A DNA stretch of 64,000 nucleotides from a virus. Where the stretch lies: positions 1 to 64,000 of IMG/VR virus record IMGVR_UViG_3300044977_000094. One strand, given 5' to 3'. A program made the translations under genes and the position numbers. Below are positions 54,595-63,601 of the stretch, one piece after another (positions within the stretch are counted from its first letter, which is position 1; the number at the start of each line of letters is the position of its first letter). The notes beneath the pieces are model-generated. The model worked only from the letters and a program-made list of their open reading frames with translations. It made no database searches and was not told the origin of the DNA.

Positions 54595-55047
54595 TCAGAC
54601 CAGGTTGAACGGCAGCTCGTAGGCCAGCACTGTGACGCTGGTGATCTGCGAGAAGTCGATGAACAGGTAGGTGTTGCCGCTGGAGTCGGTCTGGATGAAC
54701 CGGTCCGACGTGAGGGGGCCCACGTCCAGCGTTGCCGAGGTGGTCGACGCCGACACCAGGTCCCCGACAGAGCCCTGCGTGAACACGGCGTTCGACGGGT
54801 ACGGGCTGGTCTGCGCGCTCCCGGAGACGTTGACGCCGTTGCCGTTCGCCCGGATCGTGACGACGGTCGCCGTCGAGCCGATGATGAAGCGCAGCAGCAG
54901 CTTCCGCAGGTCGATCGTGGACCCCGGGGAGGCCGCGTTGACGCCCTGGATGTACATGGTCGCGGCGGCGCTGGTCGCGGCCGCCTCGGTGACGCTGATG
55001 CTGTCCCGGACGAGCTGGACCGGGGTGAGCTGGGTACGTGCGGTCAT
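54595..55047 (-). CDS. Capsid decoration-like protein
   Basis: Directly after the major capsid gene; beta-rich. Confidence 0.6.
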   Translation of the reverse strand: MTARTQLTPVQLVRDSISVTEAAATSAAATMYIQGVNAASPGSTIDLRKLLLRFIIGSTATVVTIRANGNGVNVSGSAQTSPYPSNAVFTQGSVGDLVSASTTSATLDVGPLTSDRFIQTDSSGNTYLFIDFSQITSVTVLAYELPFNLV

Positions 55048-55066
55048 GGTCGGATCTCCTCTCGGG

Positions 55067-55951
55067 TCAGATGCCGGTCGGGCGCTGGACGTAGGCGACG
55101 GCGATGGCGTCCGGGCGCACGAGCTTCGCGCCGAAGACGTGCAGGCCACGGACGCCGTCGGCGAAGGTCGACTGGAGGCGCAGGGCCTCGGTCTGGACGA
55201 TCTGCTCCGCGTAGGTGATCGCCATCGGGTGCCCGGCCTGGACGATCCAGTCGCTGCCCGAGTAGTTGATCGCGTTGTTCGACACGTAGATGTCGAAGCC
55301 GGCCGCGCGGCCGATCATGCCGGTCTGGAACACCTCGGAGGGCTGGCCGGTCATGTCGGTGATCGCGATGAAAGCCTGGGTCTGCTCCAGCAGGCCCTCG
55401 GCCCACGGCGGCACGACCACGTACCGGCCCTGCATCGGGATGTTCGCTTCGGTGAGCTGCACCTTCAGCGGCAGCAACACCTTCTGGTAGAAGTCCGCCG
55501 GGGTGCTGGAGGCGTACAGCGCGGGTGTGACCGGCGATCCGGACGAGCCGACGGTGTTCTGGGCGGAGACGCCGGTGTACAGGCCGGCGATGTACTGGTC
55601 TGCGGTGTCCGCCAGCTTGTAGCTCGCGCGCTCTTCCAGGTAGGACTGCATGTCCCCGGCGGCCTGGCGCCGGTCGACGTCGTCCACGGAGAAGCTGAAG
55701 CTGTAGGCCTGGTCGATGTTGAGGTCGAGGCCGGCGTCGTTCAGGGTCTGGTAGGTCAGGGTGCTGTTCGGCGTGTAGCTGGTGATCACCGGGTCGCCGA
55801 ACTGCGTGATGTGCACGACGTTGCCGGGGCCGCTGATCTCGCCCTCGTAGTCGTTGTTGACGATGCCCGCGCCGCCGAACACGAGGTTTTTCTGGAGGGC
55901 CGCGAGGATGACCTTCGACCAAATTTCCGGCTTGAATGCCAGTACAGACAT
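55067..55951 (-). CDS. Major capsid protein
   Basis: FKPEIWS..DYEGEI..L.IDQ..FADGVRGLHVFGAK. Confidence 0.92.
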   Translation of the reverse strand: MSVLAFKPEIWSKVILAALQKNLVFGGAGIVNNDYEGEISGPGNVVHITQFGDPVITSYTPNSTLTYQTLNDAGLDLNIDQAYSFSFSVDDVDRRQAAGDMQSYLEERASYKLADTADQYIAGLYTGVSAQNTVGSSGSPVTPALYASSTPADFYQKVLLPLKVQLTEANIPMQGRYVVVPPWAEGLLEQTQAFIAITDMTGQPSEVFQTGMIGRAAGFDIYVSNNAINYSGSDWIVQAGHPMAITYAEQIVQTEALRLQSTFADGVRGLHVFGAKLVRPDAIAVAYVQRPTGI

Positions 55952-56063
55952 GTTTCACCCCATTAAGTAGGTGGGTTGAGTGGCTGGTGGTGTCCGGCCA
56001 CCCCGCCCGGGGGTGCATGCCGTGGTACGTGCCGCCCGCGCTCCAGGCGCGAGCGGCGTGGTG

Positions 56064-56846
56064 CTAGCCGCGGCGTGAACGCCGCTTGGGGCCGAAGCCC
56101 ATGTCTTCCAGCAGGCCCTGGTTGATGGCCTTCTGGAGTTCGTCGGGCGTCGCGTGCTGGACGTCCGCCTCCGTCCACTGACGGGGCCCGTTGTTCGCGC
56201 CGGAGAACTCCCCGCCCGACCTGGGAATGGCGGGCGGCTCAGGCGCCGACGTCGGCGCGGGCTCGGATGCCGCAGCCGGCTTGTACCGCGGGTCGGCGGC
56301 GGCCTTGGCAACGGTCTCGGCGACCCGCTGCTGGAAGTCCCCAGCGGTCGGGTCGAGTTCCGCGAGTTCGGCAGCAACGGCGCGGGAGTCGAGCAGCGCG
56401 TTGCCGTCGACCTGTTCCGCTGCCGCAGCGCGGAAGACGGCCAGTTCAACGGCGGCCTGCCGAGCCCGCTGGCGATCGGAATCGCGTGCGGCCTTCTCGG
56501 CGGCCAGCTGCTCAGCGAGCTGCTCGGCGGTCGGCGGCTCGTCGGGCGCCAGGCCCAATGCCTTCGCGAACGCCTCACGCTGCTGGGCCTGCTGCTGTGC
56601 CTGCTCCGCCTTGAACTTGTCCAGCGCTTCGGCGGTCTCCTTGGCCTTGACGCGGTTCGCGGCGGCCTCGGAGCGCAGCTCGGCGAGGTTCTTCTGCGCC
56701 CAGGCGGGCAGCTCGTCGACACTCACAGCGGGTGTGGGTGTCGACGCAGCAGCGGGCTCGGGCGTTGACGGCGGCGTCGCGGGCGGTGCCGGGACGGGTG
56801 CGGGGGGTGTGACCGGGGCGGGCGCCTCGGGGGTGGATTCGGACAT
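56064..56846 (-). CDS. Capsid scaffolding protein
   Basis: Pro-rich N-terminus, LRSEAAANR, LLDSR; upstream of the major capsid gene. Confidence 0.85.
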   Translation of the reverse strand: MSESTPEAPAPVTPPAPVPAPPATPPSTPEPAAASTPTPAVSVDELPAWAQKNLAELRSEAAANRVKAKETAEALDKFKAEQAQQQAQQREAFAKALGLAPDEPPTAEQLAEQLAAEKAARDSDRQRARQAAVELAVFRAAAAEQVDGNALLDSRAVAAELAELDPTAGDFQQRVAETVAKAAADPRYKPAAASEPAPTSAPEPPAIPRSGGEFSGANNGPRQWTEADVQHATPDELQKAINQGLLEDMGFGPKRRSRRG

Positions 56847-56930
56847 GCGTGGCCCTCCTGGGGCGTCAGCTGGAGCCTGGCACCTGGCCGGGCGTGGTGA
56901 AACCCGCCAATGAGGGACGGGGAGTCGAGG

Positions 56931-58025
56931 TCAGTGCGCGCCGAAGGGGTGCTCTCGGCGAGCAACAGTGGCTTTGGTCATGCGCAGGCCCTCGTGCCGC
57001 CGGTGCGTCTCGGAGGCGGCTCGGGCTGCGGCGAGGTCTCGGCGTGCCTTGGCGCGCGCCTGCGGTGTGATCGCGGCATGCGCCCGGCGACCGGCAGCAC
57101 GGACTCGGCGCTCCAGAGCACGCTGGCGCTGGCTGGCCCTATACACCGCCGCAGCCTGGTCCAGCGCAACGGGATTGGCGACCTCGGCCGCGACACCGAC
57201 ATCAACTGCGGCCCACGAGCAGCGGCAGTTCGGGTGCCGGAACCCGGCAGCCTTGGCCTCGGCCAGCGTCGGATGGTCGGCAGTGGCGCCGGTGAGCGAC
57301 AGGACGCGGCCGAGCCACGGCAGGCAGTGCGGACATGAGCCTTCAAGACTGTGCGTGTAGACGCGGGCCAGGTCCAGGCCGGAGCGGATCATCGCCGTAG
57401 CCTGCATGTCGTCCCATGCCTGCGAGACGGTCGTGCGGGTGGCCATCTCGACGTAGGAGGTGAGGTTCCAGCGGCGCCCGGCACGGTCGGTGTAGCCGGT
57501 GATGCCCTGCTGGCCAAGGGTGTCGAGTGCCTTCTGCGCTGCCTGGATTCGCGACAGCGACAGGGAACTGCCAGGCAGGCCCCCGCGCATGGAGGCGACC
57601 GCCGTCTGGACGGCTTGCGCTGCCCGCGCCGCTTCAGTCAGGGCCTCCTGTGCCGAGGCGGCGGCGTTGTCGCCCGCAGTGTCGAGCGCTTGAGCAAGCA
57701 CAGTGGTATCGGCCGTCGGGAGTTGGAGCGCGGTTCGGATGTCGACCTGGGCGCCCGCGATGGTTCGGGCGTCCGTCATGCCGGTGGTGATCGCGGCCCG
57801 GACGCGGGGCGCGGTGGCGTTGAGGACAGCGGTGGTGGCGCGGGCGAGCTGGCGACGGGCGGTGAACAGGGTCATGGTGCCCGTCGCGGTCTTGCGGGCG
57901 AGCGCTGTGATCGTGGCGACAAGCAGCAGTTCGACCTGCTCGTAGATCGCGGCGACCGTGTCGCCTACGTGCTGGGCGTGGTCTTCACGGCGGTCACCCG
58001 GGGTGCTCGGCAGCGGTGTCGTCAT
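56931..58025 (-). CDS. Minor capsid protein (MuF / minor capsid 2-like)
   Basis: DRAGRRW.L.SYVEMA.RT; CPHC.PW.G; HPNCRC; QRALER. Confidence 0.88.
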   Translation of the reverse strand: MTTPLPSTPGDRREDHAQHVGDTVAAIYEQVELLLVATITALARKTATGTMTLFTARRQLARATTAVLNATAPRVRAAITTGMTDARTIAGAQVDIRTALQLPTADTTVLAQALDTAGDNAAASAQEALTEAARAAQAVQTAVASMRGGLPGSSLSLSRIQAAQKALDTLGQQGITGYTDRAGRRWNLTSYVEMATRTTVSQAWDDMQATAMIRSGLDLARVYTHSLEGSCPHCLPWLGRVLSLTGATADHPTLAEAKAAGFRHPNCRCSWAAVDVGVAAEVANPVALDQAAAVYRASQRQRALERRVRAAGRRAHAAITPQARAKARRDLAAARAASETHRRHEGLRMTKATVARREHPFGAH

Positions 58026-58188
58026 CGTCCACCCCACCGCCGAGAAGCCTACGGACAGCGCTGCCGGTCAGCCCCAGGGCCAGAGCTTGATCCAGGTCGA
58101 TGATTTCTCCGCCCGGTGAGATGAATGCCGGGATGCTGTCACTTGTCGATGACGGCCCAGGGATGTGGCCGCCGCTGGCGTACTTCAT
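57994..58188 (-). CDS. Small protein with a tape-measure-type GG..DSIPA..SPG motif
   Basis: YASGGHIPGPSSTSDSIPAFISPGGE; ATGA-coupled. Confidence 0.55.
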   Translation of the reverse strand: MKYASGGHIPGPSSTSDSIPAFISPGGEIIDLDQALALGLTGSAVRRLLGGGVDDDDTAAEHPG

Positions 58189-58523
58189 GGGCGGAAAGTC
58201 CCCTCTAGCGACGGCGCGTTGACGCGGTCGTTGAGGATCTTCGTGGACAGCTCCCGCAGCCCCGCCATGGCCTTGGTGACCGCCTGCTCGACCTGCTCTG
58301 CGGACGGGTCCGGGGACGGGATCTGCGTGATATTGACCAGTGGCCCCTGCCCGAGGAGCGGGGACCGCATCGTGACGATCAGCGTGTAGACGACCATCAC
58401 GCCACCCGGGCCCTGGCCGAGCGAAGCGCTGGCGTCGATGCCGAAGTCCTCACCGAAGCACTGCCGCTCGGCAGCGGACAGGGCTGCCGAGCGGACCTTC
58501 GCGGCGGTGTCGATCGCGGCCAT
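58185..58523 (-). CDS. Hypothetical protein
   Basis: Coupled ORF. Confidence 0.6.
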   Translation of the reverse strand: MAAIDTAAKVRSAALSAAERQCFGEDFGIDASASLGQGPGGVMVVYTLIVTMRSPLLGQGPLVNITQIPSPDPSAEQVEQAVTKAMAGLRELSTKILNDRVNAPSLEGTFRP

Positions 58524-58834
58524 CAGGTGCGATTCCTCTTGCCGAGCTTGCGGTTGCCCGCATCGGCCCGGTCGAAGATGGACGACCCAGTGGCGGCGCT
58601 CGACTTGTCCTGCACCCCACGCCCCGGACGCGGCCGCACCATCGACTCCGTCCCGCGCCCAGCAGACGCAGCAGCAGGACCCGGCTTGGACACGCCCTCG
58701 GCCTGCTGGCCCGGCTTGGCCTTGGTCTGCGCCGCAACCTGCGCCCGGCCCGGCTTCAGCCCAGGGTCGATGCCTTCCGGGGCTGCCTCCCCGGCGCGTG
58801 TCACCCGGCTGCTGTTCCGCTTGCCTGCCATCAC
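58523..58834 (-). CDS. Basic disordered protein
   Basis: G/A/K/R-rich; GGAGG RBS. Confidence 0.55.
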   Translation of the reverse strand: MMAGKRNSSRVTRAGEAAPEGIDPGLKPGRAQVAAQTKAKPGQQAEGVSKPGPAAASAGRGTESMVRPRPGRGVQDKSSAATGSSIFDRADAGNRKLGKRNRT

Positions 58835-58844
58835 TGACCTCCCG

Positions 58845-59135
58845 TCAGTAGTTGGCGCCCCCGCCGACCCACTTCGTGGCCTGCGAGTACGGTCCCGGAG
58901 CGGCCACCGACACGCCGGTGTACTCCTCGTCAGACACCTGCCGGTCGGCAGGCGGATTCGGGTTCGAGCCGACCGTCTCCGGATAGCCGCCCGGCGGACA
59001 GGTGACGATCGCGTCGTTCTGCTCGCGGTGGCGCTGGAGGTCGCCGGACAGGTCCCGTAGCCCGGAGTCGGGGGCGCTCGACTGAACCTGCTTGCCGGGC
59101 GGATTCGGCAGTGCCTGGTCCGGGCCGTTCATCAC
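58845..59135 (-). CDS. Pro/Gly-rich disordered protein
   Basis: GTGA-coupled. Confidence 0.55.
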   Translation of the reverse strand: MMNGPDQALPNPPGKQVQSSAPDSGLRDLSGDLQRHREQNDAIVTCPPGGYPETVGSNPNPPADRQVSDEEYTGVSVAAPGPYSQATKWVGGGANY

Positions 59136-59332
59136 ATGCCGTCGTTGTCGGCGTCGCCAGGGGTGGCCCGCTTGTTGGCCTGGGGGGTCTCGCCCGCGGT
59201 CGAGCCGGTTCCCGGCATCGCACCGGAGCCGCGAACGTGACGCCCGACCCGGTCCGCCGCCTCCTTGGGGCCCTGGCCGGGGATGGTGTTCTTGACTGCC
59301 TTGCCGCTGTCGCCGATCGCCATGATCGTCAC
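59132..59332 (-). CDS. Small disordered protein
   Basis: Coupled ORF. Confidence 0.5.
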   Translation of the reverse strand: MTIMAIGDSGKAVKNTIPGQGPKEAADRVGRHVRGSGAMPGTGSTAGETPQANKRATPGDADNDGM

Positions 59333-59583
59333 TTTCCCTTCGGGGTGGTCTTGCCGCTGGAGCGGCCCTTCGCTGCGGTCTTGCGGCCGGTCGCCAGCAC
59401 GTTCTTGGCGAAGTTGGCCTGCTTCTCGGCCTTCGACCCGTACTCGCCGCGCGCGGCGGCGGCCATCTTCTTCGGCGGAATGGGCTTGTCGGCGGCCACA
59501 CCGAGGGACTCGTGCAGTCCGCCGCGCTGGAAGGTGATCGGCTTCTTGCCGGTCGCCTTGATCGTTTCCTTCTTGCCTGCCAT
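59329..59583 (-). CDS. Lys-rich small protein
   Basis: GGLHESLGV..KPIP.KK; GGAGG RBS. Confidence 0.65.
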   Translation of the reverse strand: MAGKKETIKATGKKPITFQRGGLHESLGVAADKPIPPKKMAAAARGEYGSKAEKQANFAKNVLATGRKTAAKGRSSGKTTPKGK

Positions 59584-59584
59584 G

Positions 59585-61303
59585 TCAGTCCTCCGGGTCG
59601 CCCGTCTCCGGGCGCTCTGCGATGGCCGGCGTCTGGGAGGCGTCGGCGAGCTGCTGCACTTCCTCGGCGATGGTCGTGTCCGAGTTCAGCGGCGGAGCGA
59701 TGGTGATGCGGGCACGGCCGGCAATGTCGAGACCGGTCTCGGCGTAGATCATCTGGACTTCGTCGCGGACCTGCTCGTCAGACCAGTCCGGGTGCACCAT
59801 GCGCACCAGCGTCTCCTTGGACACGGCGTCGGCCTGCGAGAGTGCCGCGGCGGACTGGGCCAGCTCCAGGATGTCCGGAACCACCGTCTCCGGGAACTCG
59901 ATCTCGGGGCGCTCCGGGGTCACCGTCCGGTCGTTGAAGATCTGCTGCTTCACGGCAAGCCACCCGTACAGCAGATCCCGCACACCCGGCCGCCAGTACA
60001 GGCGCTTCTTGCTCGCGGTGATCAGGGTCTTCCGCTCACGCGCCCGGATCTCAGTCGCGGTCATCGCCGAGCCCTGGCCGTCGTACTCACCGAACGTCTG
60101 GCCGCTGTAGCCGGCGCCCTGAACGATGCGGTTCATGTAGTCAGTGCAGGTCTGCTGATGCTCCTGCACCCGGATCTGGAACTGGTTCGCGAGGATGTCG
60201 CTCGTGCCGCCGCCGCTGGTCATCATCGACACCGGCGAGTACACCTGCCGGTCCGGGTCAAAGACCGCGCCTTTACCCCTGCCCAGGTTGTCGAGGTACT
60301 GCTGCGGCACGATCAGCCGGGCCTTGGCCAGGCGCAGGTCCCGCTGCCAGGAGCTGTATGCCTCATCCAATGCGTCCATCAGGGACTCGACGCCGGAGAA
60401 GTCCGAGCGACCGAGTGGCGCCACCTGCGGCCCCAGGTCCCGCCAGATCTTATTGGGGAGCATGTTCGGGATGTAGACGACCGTGCTGGCGTCGTCGGGC
60501 ATGTCCGGGAACCTGATCGCATTGCCCTCGGACAGGTACTGGGCGAAGCTCGCGGTCTCCGGGAAATCGGTCAGCGGATAGATCCGGCCGAGGTCGGTCT
60601 GGTCGCCCACATACACCGAGTGGAAGATCGCGTTCTGGCCCGGCGCATGGGTCTCCAGGTGGCGCACCACCTCGGCACCGTCGTCCGAGAGGATCCGCCA
60701 GAATGTCACCCCGAGGAGCTTGCCGTGACTGAACAGCGGCACGGCCGCGTCCGCCGGGACGACGTCGATCATCGGCTCGTCGGACACCTCGGTGTCCCAC
60801 ACCACCCGCAGGAATACCCCACCGAGCGCCGAGCAGGTCTCCGCCGCCTCCAGGAGCTTGGCGTGCGTGCCATCGCCCATCAGGTCATCCAGCGCGGCCT
60901 GATTCCCAGGCGTGGACGCGGTGACGACCGGTGCCTTCGAGAACAGCAGGTCAGCGCTGGTCGAGGCAATGTCGCCGGCGATCGGAACGTGCAGCTTCGA
61001 GCGCTTTTCGCCGGGCGGAACCGGCGCACCCCAGAACGTGTACGACACGCTCCCGAGGAGCCCGCCACGGAATTGGCCCGGCTTCGGGATGGGCAACCCG
61101 GCCTCGCCCGTCGTGCTGAAGTAGCTCCGGCCGACGGGGCTGTTGGCGCCCAGGTTGTAGTACGTCCACATCAGCTTGTCCGGGTCACCGGACCACCAGG
61201 CGTCCCAGATCCGCCACTGGTACGTGATCGGGTTCATCTCCGGCGGCGGCCAGGGGCGCGACGTCGTCGGCATGAGCATGCGCATGCGGTCGTCGACGGC
61301 CAC
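59585..61303 (-). CDS. Portal protein
   Basis: LHVPIAGDIA..SADLLF; LGRSDF..LDEAYS; TATEI. Confidence 0.92.
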   Translation of the reverse strand: MAVDDRMRMLMPTTSRPWPPPEMNPITYQWRIWDAWWSGDPDKLMWTYYNLGANSPVGRSYFSTTGEAGLPIPKPGQFRGGLLGSVSYTFWGAPVPPGEKRSKLHVPIAGDIASTSADLLFSKAPVVTASTPGNQAALDDLMGDGTHAKLLEAAETCSALGGVFLRVVWDTEVSDEPMIDVVPADAAVPLFSHGKLLGVTFWRILSDDGAEVVRHLETHAPGQNAIFHSVYVGDQTDLGRIYPLTDFPETASFAQYLSEGNAIRFPDMPDDASTVVYIPNMLPNKIWRDLGPQVAPLGRSDFSGVESLMDALDEAYSSWQRDLRLAKARLIVPQQYLDNLGRGKGAVFDPDRQVYSPVSMMTSGGGTSDILANQFQIRVQEHQQTCTDYMNRIVQGAGYSGQTFGEYDGQGSAMTATEIRARERKTLITASKKRLYWRPGVRDLLYGWLAVKQQIFNDRTVTPERPEIEFPETVVPDILELAQSAAALSQADAVSKETLVRMVHPDWSDEQVRDEVQMIYAETGLDIAGRARITIAPPLNSDTTIAEEVQQLADASQTPAIAERPETGDPED

Positions 61304-61334
61304 GCCACCACCCCCGATCAGCTTGTGGTGACGC

Positions 61335-61754
61335 TCAGGTCAGCCGGATGCGGTGCTCGGCGGCCCAGGCGCGCCGGTGCCGGTCGGTGCAGAACAGGTA
61401 GCGCCAGGTGCCGTCTTCGCCCGCGATCTCGTACTCGTGCCGGTACCGTCCGGGCCAGCGGCAGTCCCCGTGCGCGCAGTCGAGCGGCCGCACTCCGCGC
61501 CGGCCGCAGATCCATCGGTGCACGCCCCAGACCAGCCGGACCAGCGGACGCCAGGGCCGCGGCTCCCGTTCGGGTCGTGTCATGGTGACGGAGGGCCTGT
61601 CGTGGCCGGTGCCGCAGCCGGGGCAGATCTCCAGGACTCCGGCGACGGGTGCCTGGCGGTCCCCGATATGCAGGGTCACCCGCACCCGCGACGGCAACCG
61701 GCACACCGGACACCACTGGTGCAGCTCGGGCTCCCCGGCGACCACGCACTTCAC
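61335..61754 (-). CDS. Zinc-binding hypothetical protein
   Basis: CPVC, CPGC, C..C..FCT. Confidence 0.5.
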   Translation of the reverse strand: MKCVVAGEPELHQWCPVCRLPSRVRVTLHIGDRQAPVAGVLEICPGCGTGHDRPSVTMTRPEREPRPWRPLVRLVWGVHRWICGRRGVRPLDCAHGDCRWPGRYRHEYEIAGEDGTWRYLFCTDRHRRAWAAEHRIRLT

Positions 61755-61764
61755 GGAACCCCCA

Positions 61765-63045
61765 TCACGCGGCGAGCGGGATCCGGTTGAACCACAGGCC
61801 CTGCGACGACTTGACCGCGTAGCGGCCGCCGTCCAGGGAGTGGTCGTCGGCCTTGACCGGCTTGTCGACACCCAGAAGTGCCGCCCGGTCGTCCCAGGAG
61901 TAGCCGCCGATCTCGTCGATCCAGCCCTGGCAGCCCCGCGCCGCCTTCAGCCGCTTGCGGGCCAGGAGCGAGGACACCAGGCGGATGCCGTCGAGGACGC
62001 TGTTGTCAGCATCCGCGACCGGCCAGCCGTCCTGGAAGCACTGGACCTTGAGGGACGCCGCGGACGGGTCGACGAACAGGTGCTGCACGGTGGGGCCGCG
62101 CAGGTGCGTTCCCGGGAACCGCACGTTGTTGATCCAGTCGCGGAGCTTCCCGGACAACTCGACGTCGGTGAGCTGCCGGTGCCGCTGGCGTGAGTCCCAC
62201 CGGAACTCGTCCACGAGGAACAGGCACGGCTCCTGCCCGCTGTCGCCGCCACCACGGTTGCTCATGCCCAGCAGCAGCGCCGCGGTCGGCGCGGTCGTGC
62301 CGTAGTCCAGGCCGATGCCAAGCCAGGTGTGGATGGGCGGGACGAGGTCGACGACGTGGACCGACGGATCCCACATGTCGTAGATCGCGCCCTCGGCGGC
62401 GCACCACTCGCCGAGGACCCGGCGCCGGTACCACAGGCCGACGTTCTCGGCCTTGACGGAGGCCTTGTACTCCTCGTCGAGGGACGGGTTGTCGTCGAGG
62501 AGGAAGTGCCAGGAGGCCAGGTCGAGTTCGTGGCCGCGCAGCAGGTAGTTCTTGCGCAGCCAGTGCGCCGGGTTGTCGGGGTTGGTGGTCGCGAACAGCT
62601 TTGCGCCGGGTACCGACATGCGGCCCAGGAGCTGTGAGAAGAACTCCTCGGACACCAGCGTCGCCTCGTCGACGTAGGCGCCGGCTGCGGTGAGACCGCG
62701 CAGCCGGGTCTCGGCCCGGGTGTCGTTCGCGCCGATGACCCACACGCGCCGGCCCAGGATGGTGCCGGAGGGCGCGCCGGGGGTGTAGCGGGTCTGGGTG
62801 GCGAGGTCCCCGAACACGGCGTAATCCTGGAGCGGGGAGAACACGTTCCGCATCGCGGTCTGCGACGTCTTCGCCACCACGACCAGCTCACCGCGCGGCG
62901 CGTTCGCCACGTAGATCAGCCAGCGGAGCAGTGAGGAGATCGTCTTTCCGGAGCGGATCGCGCCCGTCCAGATGTTGATCCGCGCGTCGGCCTCGGCCAC
63001 CGATCTGATCTGCTTCGGCGACAGGGGCAGGGCGTTGAGCTGCAC
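61765..63045 (-). CDS. terL: Terminase large subunit
   Basis: GAIRSGKT Walker A, YVDE Walker B, TTNP, GLDYGT, DHSLDGGRY. Confidence 0.96.
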   Translation of the reverse strand: MQLNALPLSPKQIRSVAEADARINIWTGAIRSGKTISSLLRWLIYVANAPRGELVVVAKTSQTAMRNVFSPLQDYAVFGDLATQTRYTPGAPSGTILGRRVWVIGANDTRAETRLRGLTAAGAYVDEATLVSEEFFSQLLGRMSVPGAKLFATTNPDNPAHWLRKNYLLRGHELDLASWHFLLDDNPSLDEEYKASVKAENVGLWYRRRVLGEWCAAEGAIYDMWDPSVHVVDLVPPIHTWLGIGLDYGTTAPTAALLLGMSNRGGGDSGQEPCLFLVDEFRWDSRQRHRQLTDVELSGKLRDWINNVRFPGTHLRGPTVQHLFVDPSAASLKVQCFQDGWPVADADNSVLDGIRLVSSLLARKRLKAARGCQGWIDEIGGYSWDDRAALLGVDKPVKADDHSLDGGRYAVKSSQGLWFNRIPLAA

Positions 63046-63060
63046 GGCCCCTCCCGGGGG

Positions 63061-63597
63061 CTATTCGGTGCTCGTCTCGGGGTCGGGCAGGCTCTCGGCC
63101 GCGACCTTGAGTGCCTCGCTGAGGCTGCCGAGCATGCTCTTTGCCGCGTCGGCGTTGTCGCTGGTGTCGTACTGCTCCAAGCGCACCGACTTGTCGAGCG
63201 CGATGCCGATGGCCGCGTAGGCGGCTCTCACGTCGGCGAGTGGTGGCAGCTTGAGGGACACGGTCTCGGCGCCGCGGGGGGTGCCGATGACGGATTCGTA
63301 GCGTGACCAGGCGCGGTCGCGGAGCTTCTGGGCGTCGGCGAGCAGGTCTTCCTTGAGTTTCTCGCGTGCGGCCCGGCAGTCGATGGAGCGGGCGGCGGTG
63401 GCGGCGGCTGTCTGACTGCGGTCGAAGGCGCCTTCCAGGCCTGCGGCCTTGGCGATATTACGGACCGTTCCCGGGGAGACGCCGTGCTTCTCGGCGATGG
63501 ACCGGAGTGAGGCTCCGGTCGTGGGGGCGGCCTTGATGGCGGCGAGGACGGCGGCGCGCTTCTGAGGCGGCAGTTGTCCGGTGGGCATGGCGCTCAC
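63061..63597 (-). CDS. terS: Terminase small subunit
   Basis: N-terminal HTH SLRSIAEKHGVSPGTV; directly upstream of terL. Confidence 0.8.
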   Translation of the reverse strand: MSAMPTGQLPPQKRAAVLAAIKAAPTTGASLRSIAEKHGVSPGTVRNIAKAAGLEGAFDRSQTAAATAARSIDCRAAREKLKEDLLADAQKLRDRAWSRYESVIGTPRGAETVSLKLPPLADVRAAYAAIGIALDKSVRLEQYDTSDNADAAKSMLGSLSEALKVAAESLPDPETSTE

Positions 63598-63601
63598 CTC
63601 C

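Noticed and set aside
59111-61588. 825-aa plus-strand ORF and other long antisense ORFs (2001-3650, 25245-26795, 47416-49038, 53551-55218)
   Set aside because: Shadow ORFs opposite well-supported genes, expected in high-GC DNA, with no recognisable motifs
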